NCBI GenBank assembly: GCA_965205505.1
Contig: CBDBHB010000009.1
Coordinates: forward strand, 2,080,001 to 2,144,000
Length of the DNA stretch: 64,000 bases
DNA from: Acidobacteriota bacterium
GTDB taxonomy: Bacteria > Acidobacteriota > UBA890 > WLXD01
Direction of reading: 5' to 3'
How positions within the stretch are numbered: position 1 is the first letter of the stretch; the number at the start of each line of letters is the position of its first letter. Below the pieces are notes generated by a model. It was not told the origin of the DNA, ran no database searches, and saw only the letters and a list, made by a program, of their open reading frames with translations. Below, piece by piece: positions 20,085 through 29,086 of the stretch. A program made the translations under genes and the position numbers.

Positions 20085-20965
20085 GCCCAGCTCGACGGCG
20101 CGAGGCGGTGGCGCATGTACAGGGGCGGCTGGGCGTCTCCGAGAGGCGGGCGTGCCGGGTACTGAAACAACCACGCACGACACACAGGTACATGCCAAGA
20201 GAACCGGGCGATGAGCAGATGTTGACGGAGCGGATCGTGGATCTAGCCCGACAATACGGGCGCTACGGGTATCGGCGAGTGACGGCGTTGTTGCGTATGG
20301 AGGGCTGGTGGGTGAACCACAAACGAGTGCAGCGTATCTGGAGGCGTGAGGGGCTGAAAGTACCGACAAAGCAGCCCAAACGAGCCCGGCTGTGGCTCAG
20401 CGATGGCTCGTGCATCCGGCTGCGACCACAGCGCAAAGATCACGTCTGGGCGTATGACTTCGTCCATCACCGGACGCACGAGGGTCGGGCTATGAGGCTG
20501 CTGACGATCGTCGATGAGTACACACGAGAAAGCCTGGCGATCGACGTGGCACGGAAGCTCAACTGTGAGGACGTGCTCGAGCGGCTCGGGTGGTTGTTCG
20601 TGCACCGGGGCATACCTGAGCACATCCGGTCCGATAACGGACCGGAGTTCACCGCCGAGGCGGTTCGCGACTGGCTCGGTAGGCTCGGTGTGGGCACGCT
20701 GTTCATCGAGCCGGGCTCGCCGTGGGAGAACGGCTACGTGGAGAGCTTCAACGGCAAGCTCCGAGACGAGCTGCTCAACGGCGAGATCTTCTACACGCTC
20801 AAGGAGGCAAAGGTTCTGATCGAGAGATGGAGGCAGCAGTACAACCGCATGCGACCGCACAGCTCGTTGGGCTACCGACCACCGGCCCCGGAGGCGCTGT
20901 TGTTGAAGCCGGCTACGCTCCGCTTCGCCGGCCTCAACAACCCCTTGTCAGCACCGAGTTACTGA
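20081..20965 (+). CDS. IS3 transposase OrfB (DDE), expressed by -1 frameshift
   Basis: [40 protein letters not shown]. Confidence 0.93.
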   Translation: MSPARRREAVAHVQGRLGVSERRACRVLKQPRTTHRYMPREPGDEQMLTERIVDLARQYGRYGYRRVTALLRMEGWWVNHKRVQRIWRREGLKVPTKQPKRARLWLSDGSCIRLRPQRKDHVWAYDFVHHRTHEGRAMRLLTIVDEYTRESLAIDVARKLNCEDVLERLGWLFVHRGIPEHIRSDNGPEFTAEAVRDWLGRLGVGTLFIEPGSPWENGYVESFNGKLRDELLNGEIFYTLKEAKVLIERWRQQYNRMRPHSSLGYRPPAPEALLLKPATLRFAGLNNPLSAPSY

Positions 20966-21229
20966 GATTAGACGTGGTACTAACCGTGGGGTCAGGTCAA
21001 GCTGACTCCTGGTCGAAGGACACTTGGGTCGCAGATCGGGAAACGACTCTATCAACATAAGGCCGCCAGTGGTCAAGAGCACAGTCCGTCCTAGCGCGGA
21101 ATGATTACCGCGGTTGGATCGCATCAAGATCCGCCGGCTCCGAAGACTCCGCGTGGTGTTCGAATCGGTGACCGTTGGGGCTCTACCCTCGTTTCACGGC
21201 CGCGCCGTCACGCTGTCAGGCCCCCCCCG

Positions 21230-21258
21230 TTGGATCTCACGCGTCATAGCGGTAGGCT
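21230..21258 (+). promoter_or_regulatory. Promoter-like motif of kinase copy 3
   Basis: TTGGAT-N17-TAGGCT. Confidence 0.55.
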
Positions 21259-21291
21259 TCACGCGCTCACCCACCCCTCTACGGGAGCGCC

Positions 21292-21821
21292 ATGCAACCC
21301 GGCACCAAAGGCCCCTACGAGATCACCGAGCAGCTCGGCGCTGGCGGCATGGGTGAGGTGTACCTGGCGCAGGACACACGCCTGGGCCGCAAGGTGGCCA
21401 TCAAGGTGCTTCCCGCCGAGTTCGCCTCTGACGGCGTTGCCGACGTCGAGACCGGTGAGTACTCGTCTCTGTTTCCCGGTTGGTCGCCAGCGTACGTCGA
21501 GGGTGGTTTCCTCATGTACGCGCAGGCCGACATGCTGATGATCCGTTCGTACGATCCCGACACGCCGCCCGCCCCCCCCCCCCCGAGGTGGCCCAGCCGG
21601 GCGTGTTGAGCATCCAGTGGGGCTCGACGCCGAACGCCCTGTACTCCGTGTCGACGAACGGAACGCTGGCGTTCGTCCCCGGTTCCGGGCCGTCGGCCGG
21701 TGTCCGCGGGCGACTTGCGCTCGTCGACGGCGATGGGAACGCGAATCCCCTCACCGAGACGGGTAGCGATCCCATTTATCCACGCTTCACGCCCGATGGC
21801 GGCGCCGTAACGGTGGCGTGA
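21292..21821 (+). pseudogene. Internally deleted Ser/Thr kinase with TolB/PD40-like propeller remnant
   Basis: [26 protein letters not shown] jumps to WSPAY...SVSTNGTLAF...YPRFTPDG; frame change at the C13 tract. Confidence 0.75.
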
Positions 21822-21960
21822 GTACAAAGGCACAGCGGAGGGTCGCGGCGTCAGCGCTGACACAGACGCACGACCGCAAGAAGAGTCGCTCGTGTTCGGG
21901 GGGCGCTCTTGCTTTTGGTCCGCTTCGTCGTCGGTCACGTGGCTATTCGTGCTCCGGGGC

Positions 21961-22368
21961 AGGGGACTCGGTAGTTGGTCGGGGTCATGGGCTCTTGCCG
22001 GCTTTGGCGCGCAGGCCGGCCAGGCGCTTAGCCAGCCTGTCTGGAACCAGCCCAGGGGCCTTTGCTTGTCGTTCGTACCGCTCGAGTATCGCGAGCTCGT
22101 CGGCTGGCTTCTTCTTCTTCCGGTAGATGATCGCAAGTTGCTCGTAGTACCACGGAACCCCCCAGCCTTCGCCCCAGGCGGATGTCTCGGCCTCTGTGGC
22201 GTCCACCAGGCGCAGGAGAAGCGCCTCCGCGCCATCGAGGTCGCCTGCGCGCTTGAGGCGAAGAACTTCCTCTGCGTAGGTCGCGTAGTGCCGTCCGTCG
22301 ACGAAGCCAGGCTTGGCCATCAGCGGCAGCCCCTCACTAGGGGGCTCGGTAGGTGGTCGGGTCATGGG
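21961..22368. repeat. ~30-bp direct repeat pair (21961-21991 and 22339-22368)
   Basis: aggggactcggtagttggtcggggtcatggg versus agggggctcggtaggtggtcgggtcatggg. Confidence 0.75.
21985..22320 (-). CDS. Hypothetical helical (TPR-like) protein
   Basis: GRHYATY...PWYYEQLAIIYRK...ELAILERY; GAGGGG RBS-like site upstream. Confidence 0.7.
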   Translation of the reverse strand: MAKPGFVDGRHYATYAEEVLRLKRAGDLDGAEALLLRLVDATEAETSAWGEGWGVPWYYEQLAIIYRKKKKPADELAILERYERQAKAPGLVPDRLAKRLAGLRAKAGKSP

Positions 22369-22411
22369 ACGGAACGCGCCGCAGCCGTGAAGGGGCGCCG
22401 GATCAAGCGCG

Positions 22412-22689
22412 GCTACATGCGAGACCCCTCAAGCGCGAGACGCTCGTGCCGCTGTTGATCTCGGACCAGGCATCGGAGCGACGTGGCCTGCCCGCCAGCG
22501 GTCTCTCCGCCGGCGTCCCGCGCCGAGAGGCAAAACATCATCTAGTCGCAACGGGGTGAGACTCGGACACAGCTACATGCCCGACCCCCTCAGCGCGAGA
22601 CTCCCGCCGCCAGGGGCTGAGGAAGGACTACTGCTAAGCCCGCAAGCGGCGGTGGGGGTCGGCGGCCTAGCGGGTCCCGCGCCGAGAGG
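22412..22689 (-). repeat. Two tandem ~160-bp units with inverted arms; candidate structured ncRNAs
   Basis: gctacatgc..cccctc(a)agcgcgagac and gtcccgcgccgagagg each occur twice, 160 and 159 bp apart; the arms are complementary. Confidence 0.65.
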
Positions 22690-22795
22690 TACCCGATAAT
22701 TGTAGACCCCTAGCGCCCCGACCGGATAGTGCCTAGCGAATTTCGACTTCGCCGCGATGTTCCTGGCTGAGGCCGGCGCGCTGTTTGCCGTTCCT

Positions 22796-23164
22796 CTACC
22801 CTCGCCGTCGAGCGCCGGCCGTATCCTCGATCGCCCGCCGAGCTTCAGCCGGCGTCACATCAGCACCCCGCAGATGCGCATCCATCAGGTCGGCGATCCA
22901 GCGCCGCAGCAGCTCCCGCCGCACGACCTTCGCCTTGGTCTTCGTCGGCGCCAGGACCTCTGCAATAGAACCTAGCGAAGCGCGATCAGGCGGGAGATAG
23001 CGACCACACCGGTAGCCGCTCATGGTGCCCTGCGTGATGCCGAGATCGGTGGCGATTGTGCGCATGGAGGCGGGGTGATCGTCGATGAGCTTGCCGAGGT
23101 AGGAGCCGAACTGGCGGAGGGGGTAGGCGAGGGGGCGGGCGAAGGTGCTGCGGCCGCCTCTCAC
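22796..23164 (-). CDS. XRE-like HTH protein
   Basis: SMRTIATDLGITQGTMSGYRCGRYLP helix-turn-helix pattern. Confidence 0.6.
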   Translation of the reverse strand: MRGGRSTFARPLAYPLRQFGSYLGKLIDDHPASMRTIATDLGITQGTMSGYRCGRYLPPDRASLGSIAEVLAPTKTKAKVVRRELLRRWIADLMDAHLRGADVTPAEARRAIEDTAGARRRG

Positions 23165-23170
23165 TAGAGC

Positions 23171-23329
23171 CTACGGGCCGGCCTGTCCGCCGACGTTGTC
23201 AGCAATCCGTTCGACTGCCTTGACGAGGCGCGCGGCTAGCCCCATTAGGTAGATGAATAGGGCGATCCAGATCAGCCCGAACAACACAGGGAACAGTCCC
23301 ATCGCAGCCATCATCGGCATGTCCATCAT
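23171..23329 (-). CDS. Small single-pass membrane protein
   Basis: GLFPVLFGLIWIALFIYLMGLAARLVKAVERIA. Confidence 0.6.
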   Translation of the reverse strand: MMDMPMMAAMGLFPVLFGLIWIALFIYLMGLAARLVKAVERIADNVGGQAGP

Positions 23330-23460
23330 GTTGCTACCGCCGTCGACGATGCACCGCAAAGGCTGCTCAGCCTAGCGGAATAGATCGGCTCTCACCACGT
23401 GAGAGCAGCCGGGCGACCTGCGAGAGCCTTTCGTGACCCACTCAATCCTTCCCTTCGGGA

Positions 23461-23988
23461 TCAGCGCTTTCGCCAGATAGTCGCTGTTTTCTCAACCCAC
23501 GAAATACTGTGATCGGGCCCTAGCTGTTCAATCCCGCGCGCTGCCTCGCGGGCCCCACCGTCTTGCGCGACAAGACGGGCGAGCTCGCTAGCCCGTTCCT
23601 GGCCTAACGCGTCAAACACTCGGACAACGAAGAGACGGCCCGTCAACCGATCCCGCGCCTCGTACCAGTAGGCCGGCGCAGGCTCGCAGATCCCGCGGGC
23701 GATGTACGTCCACGGCTCTTCGATTGCTGCGTCTAGGGCCTGATCGCCGTAGCAAGTGATTTCGATGAAGCTCGACCAATCGCCGATCCGGCTGTCTTGC
23801 GGTGCTGAGCGAGACGCGATCGATACGAGTTCGCTTATTTGCAGGTAGTGCACGACCGGGTTGGCGAACTCGGTTCCGTCCTCCAGTAAGAAACGGTCAT
23901 TCAATACGCGCCCAAGCTGCAGTCCACGGTTGCGCAGGCACAAGAGAACTGCGTAGTCGCCGGGACCAAGCTCTACGCCGTCCGGCAT
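23461..23988 (-). CDS. Hypothetical protein
   Basis: GGAG RBS before ATG 23988; natural-looking 175-aa ORF. Confidence 0.55.
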   Translation of the reverse strand: MPDGVELGPGDYAVLLCLRNRGLQLGRVLNDRFLLEDGTEFANPVVHYLQISELVSIASRSAPQDSRIGDWSSFIEITCYGDQALDAAIEEPWTYIARGICEPAPAYWYEARDRLTGRLFVVRVFDALGQERASELARLVAQDGGAREAARGIEQLGPDHSISWVEKTATIWRKR

Positions 23989-24107
23989 CTTTGTCTCCCG
24001 TTGCCCACGCCTCACGCGCGCGGAACAGTTTTCTTCCTACCACTACAGAAGCTCGCAGCCGGGCGATTTGCGAGGGGGGGGGGTGGTTCGGAGGCGAGGC
24101 TTCTTTG

Positions 24108-24640
24108 TCATGAGCCCTCCTTACCCGTCGATTCCCGCAACTCTTTCAGGAGCCGGCCAACTTGGTCGGCGTGCGGAGATTCGATCTCAATGAAGATCTT
24201 GAGGGCCTGCTCATGAAACTCGATGGCCTTGCGGGTCTCGCCGAGGGCGGCGTAGGCGCTCCCGAGGTTGCCGAGGTCATTGCCCCTCGCTCCTCCGGTC
24301 GCCGATCTCGCGAGAGATGGCCAGGACTGTTCATGAAACTCGATGGCCTTGCGGGTCTCGCCGAGGGCGGCGTAGGCATTCCCAAGGTTGCCGAGGGCAC
24401 TGCCTTCGGCTGTCCGGTCACCGATTCGCGAGAGATGGCCAGAGACTGTTCATAAAACTCGATTGCCTTGCGGGTCTCGCCGAGGCCGGCGTAGGCTTCC
24501 CGAGGTTGCCGAGGGCATTGCCTTCGCTCCTCCGGTCGCCGATCTCGCGAGAGATGGCCAGAGACTGTTCATGAAACTCGATGGCCTTGCGGGTCTCGCC
24601 GAGGGCGACGTAGGCGTTCCCGAGGTTGCCGAGGGCTTTA
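24108..24640 (-). pseudogene. TPR-repeat protein C-terminal remnant
   Basis: Four near-identical 40-aa repeats (GNLGxAYAALGETRKAIEFHEQ...SREIGDRR) at spacings of 120, 119 and 119 bp, so frameshifted; 5' part missing. Confidence 0.85.
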
Positions 24641-24806
24641 CATTTCTTTACTGTCTACCGCTGTAGTTGCACGAGCAAAGGACGTAGCGTTCCACCGGAC
24701 CACACCCCGTTACGGCGCGCCCCGGCCCCGATGCGCGCAGGCAGCGTTGTAGAGCAGGTCATGACCGGAGCGTCGGAAGTGACCGTCACGCGCACCGGAG
24801 AATCCT

Positions 24807-26192
24807 ATGCTCGAAGGTGCCCGCCAACGGATGGCAGCCCTTCTTCGCGCAGGCGCGGACCATCTCGCGTCAGTGGGTCCGGAGGCAGCCGATGATCAGC
24901 TAACGTTTTTCTTCGAAGCCTTGGCGTACGGGTCCAGAGAGCTGATCGGTCAGCTACCGCTGGACGAGAACAACTATCTTCGTGTGTTCGGACCGGCACA
25001 CACGGATTGTCGCGCTGTCTTCATGTATTCGGTGCTCGACGAGCTTGCCAAGGCCGGAGTAAGCATCCTCCAGTGGCGCGATTGGCTGGGTGAGGAGGAC
25101 TTCACGCCTGGCAACGACAAACCGTACGCTCGACGCAGTTATCGTCTTGTAGTTACAGCCACCCTGGAGACCCAGGCTCTACGGATTCGACGTCTCACCG
25201 AAGCACTGGTCGACTTGCTCGGTTTCAAGACGACGAACCGGCAAGATTACTTCCGCTATTACCTGCTTCTCCGTGACATCGACGGCCGCGTCTCTGCGAG
25301 CCGCGACCTCGAGTACTTTTGGTCGGCCCCCAGCGGGAACCTCCGATATGGAATCGAGATGTCTCTTGAGCAGGCGCGAGAGGTCGAGAGCCGACTGGAC
25401 CTCGACCGTGCCTGGTTTCGCCATGGACAGGCGCCGCTTCAGGGCGTGGAGACGCTGCGCCCCGGTCGGCTGCTCGCCAGTTTGCGGCAACGGTTCATCT
25501 ACGCTCTCGAACACGCCGATGATGAAGAAGTCATGCAGCTTCGTATGTCCTACGGAAGCGGCTACGGGTCGCAGAGCAGGGAGATCCACTTCCGGCCCGA
25601 CGCGGGCCGTTGGTGGCGGCAGAATCGGAACGAGGTCCGTTCCCGCGCGGGGATGATCGGGCTGCTCGGAGTGCACCTCCTGCTCCTCGTGCAGAACCTG
25701 ACCGAGCTTGACGGTGGACCGAGAATCGCGGCTCTTCGTAGCGCCTTCGAGAGCGGCGAGATCACGCCTCCAAGAATCGTCGAGCGTTCGCGTGATCCCG
25801 GCATCGAACCGGGTGACCTAGTTGTCACTTCATTCCGTGCGTTGGCTGAGGTCACGAACGTCGTCGAGAGCAGCTTCGGTTTCAAGAGCTGCGCCATCCG
25901 ATACCTCGCCGACGCGCCGCTGGAGGACGTCGATACAGAGACTCTCCCGGCGACGGACGTTGTTCGGGTGTTCCGCCCGGATCTGAACGCACGCGAGTCG
26001 CTGCAGGAACTTTTGGAGCAGGGCCTCCTCGATCAGGCAACTGTCGACGAAATCGCGCAAGCGCCGGAGGACAGGTGGCGATCTTCCCTTCGCAGCTCGT
26101 ACGCGTACGCCTGGCAGCACGCTGGGCTCCGCGAGTACGTCTTGAGTCAACTGTTACGTGACGAGGACCGAGGCAGTCCCGGCTCAACGTAG
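24807..26192 (+). CDS. Hypothetical protein, 461 aa, candidate defence gene
   Basis: Intact ORF with GGAG RBS; directly upstream of an hsdM stub. Confidence 0.8.
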   Translation: MLEGARQRMAALLRAGADHLASVGPEAADDQLTFFFEALAYGSRELIGQLPLDENNYLRVFGPAHTDCRAVFMYSVLDELAKAGVSILQWRDWLGEEDFTPGNDKPYARRSYRLVVTATLETQALRIRRLTEALVDLLGFKTTNRQDYFRYYLLLRDIDGRVSASRDLEYFWSAPSGNLRYGIEMSLEQAREVESRLDLDRAWFRHGQAPLQGVETLRPGRLLASLRQRFIYALEHADDEEVMQLRMSYGSGYGSQSREIHFRPDAGRWWRQNRNEVRSRAGMIGLLGVHLLLLVQNLTELDGGPRIAALRSAFESGEITPPRIVERSRDPGIEPGDLVVTSFRALAEVTNVVESSFGFKSCAIRYLADAPLEDVDTETLPATDVVRVFRPDLNARESLQELLEQGLLDQATVDEIAQAPEDRWRSSLRSSYAYAWQHAGLREYVLSQLLRDEDRGSPGST

Positions 26193-26211
26193 CCCCGACG
26201 CACAGAGTGAT

Positions 26212-26346
26212 ATGGAACAGGGCCAACTGAACTGGATCACCAATTTCATCTGGGGCATCGCCGACGACGTCCTGCGGGATCTCTACGTTCGAGGCAAGTA
26301 CCGAGACGCAGCACCGCAGTGGCCGCGTCCACAACCGTCGAGATAG
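26212..26346 (+). pseudogene. hsdM: Type I R-M methyltransferase subunit N-terminal stub
   Basis: LNWITNFIWGIADDVLRDLYVRGKYRD; homology ends at ~26307. Confidence 0.85.
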
Positions 26347-26677
26347 GCCTCGAAGTCGGCCTTGAGTTGCTGTTGGCTAGCGCGGGCCTGCTGGCATGCG
26401 CCGCCGAGACGGAAACGCCGGCAGAGAGTCGCAGAAGGCCGGCTAGCTACGGCCCTCGCACCGTCGCAGCGGTACCGGCGTATATAGCCCGCGAGGGTCC
26501 TACAACGCGAGCGCGGTTGGGGGCAGGGGAGGCCAACTTACTCACCCGTACGCCCAGGTACGGCGTAATACGCTCCCGTAACCTAAGTGGAACCTAAGCG
26601 ATCGGCCCTTTCCGCAGTCAGTTGTCACCGTCCCGATATTTCTGTAATTCCCTGACAAACAATGGGTTAAGTCAAGG

Positions 26678-26751
<74 letters not shown>

Positions 26752-26786
26752 ACCCTGGAATGCCGCTGCGCGGAAGCCGGGTACTA

Positions 26787-26936
26787 GTGGACTGTAACGG
26801 CTGAACGCTCATTGCAGCGCCGGCCGGCGACGCGATGTCCGGCGTTGCGCCACCTCGACGTAGGTCCTTTGTACGCCTGCGTCGGCGCGCCTTGTCCTGG
26901 CGCCGCTGCACTGAACGTTCAGCCGTCACAGTCCAC
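26787..26936. mobile_element. 150-bp inverted-repeat element (MITE-like) in the tRNA spacer
   Basis: 33-bp arms 26787-26819 and 26904-26936 with 3 mismatches; CTAG at the left edge. Confidence 0.6.
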
Positions 26937-26941
26937 AGATG

Positions 26942-27014
26942 TGGGCCGTCAGGGGATCGAACCCTGGACACCCGGCTTAAAAGGCCGGTGCTCTGCCAAC
27001 TGAGCTAACGGCCC
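26942..27014 (-). tRNA. tRNA-Lys (TTT)
   Basis: GGGCCGT stem, AGCTCAGTTGGCAGAGC D arm, CT-TTT-AA loop, GGTTCGATCCC. Confidence 0.96.
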
Positions 27015-27021
27015 GCATGCA

Positions 27022-27050
27022 AGGTTACAGGCCGTTCCGGGTGGCGGCAA
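27022..27050 (-). promoter_or_regulatory. tRNA operon promoter
   Basis: TTGCCG-N17-TAACCT, 7 nt upstream of tRNA-Lys. Confidence 0.6.
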
Positions 27051-27130
27051 CGCGGTTGTCTCGCGTCGCTGAACGCGCCATGCTCTACGCCTACGAAGTG
27101 GCCCGGTGTGCCAGGAGCGACGCCTCTTCA

Positions 27131-27364
27131 ATGAAGGGCATTACTGCAGAGCAGGTTCGTGAGCTTCGCGGCGAGGACACCGGCGCGGTCTTCGGCGAGC
27201 GTGTTCGGGTGGAGCTTGCCAACCTGCTCGAGGTGTCGCTGAGCAACATTCCAAAGGTGAGCTACACGCAGGTGTCACGCTGGGAGAGTCGCGGTCTCAA
27301 TCCGAGCACTGGCAAGATCTCGACCTTGGTCTACCTTGCTGCGCTGGGACGTCTACGCCGGTAG
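27131..27364 (+). CDS. Small HTH-like protein (77 aa)
   Basis: ITAEQVRELR...VSYTQVSRWESRG is XRE-like. Confidence 0.55.
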   Translation: MKGITAEQVRELRGEDTGAVFGERVRVELANLLEVSLSNIPKVSYTQVSRWESRGLNPSTGKISTLVYLAALGRLRR

Positions 27365-27398
27365 GGAACGCCGCCCTCACCGTGGCCTGATAGGTCTG

Positions 27399-28700
<1,302 letters not shown>

Positions 28701-28882
28701 CTAGCTTCCTGAGTCAGAGGTGCGTCGCGTATTGAAAGGCGCACTCCGCACACAGATCTGGTGCGGAGAGAAGGAGGGATTCGACACGGGGATCGTAGCA
28801 AGCGCCCATCGGAGCGACAAGCAGCCGGTATGCTACGGAGCTGCCGCCCGATGGGCAGCGCCGGTGGCGAGGGCAACAACCG

Positions 28883-29086
28883 ATGAATCTCGATTGGAAG
28901 CTCATCTGGATCGCCTTGGGCCTCGTGCTGATCATCGAGGGGTTGCCGTATTTTCTGTTCCCGGATCGCGCCGTGGCGATGTTGCGCCAGCTGGAGGATG
29001 CCGGCCCCGGGGCATTGCGGCTCTTCGGCTTCCTGGCGATGATGGCAGGCGTCGTTTTCTTGGTTGTCGGACGATGGCTTACCTAA
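28883..29086 (+). CDS. DUF2065 (YjeT-like) membrane protein
   Basis: ALGLVLIIEGLPYFLFP...LRLFG. Confidence 0.85.
   Translation: MNLDWKLIWIALGLVLIIEGLPYFLFPDRAVAMLRQLEDAGPGALRLFGFLAMMAGVVFLVVGRWLT

Larger units (their letters stand above)
19740..20999 (+). mobile_element. Complete IS3-family element (IS407-like), 1260 bp
   Basis: TGACCTGACCCC...GGGGTCAGGTCA inverted ends; AGCT duplicated at 19736-19739 and 21000-21003. Confidence 0.95.

Noticed and set aside
21961-24015. Integron or retron
   Set aside because: No integron integrase or reverse transcriptase, and no clear RYYYAAC/GTTRRRY attC cores were found.
21572-24083. C13 (21572-21584) and G10 (24074-24083) tracts as phase-variation switches
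   Set aside because: One lies in an already deleted gene and the other is intergenic with no clear promoter link; homopolymer length is also error-prone.
24212-24640. CRISPR array
   Set aside because: The repeats are contiguous TPR-coding units without unique spacers; no cas genes.
28720-29085. N-terminal extension of HutH (likewise the ORF-track extensions of MutS, XseA, XseB, PgsA, PheT, TlyA)
   Set aside because: The extensions overlap neighbouring genes or MITEs; downstream starts match family N-termini.
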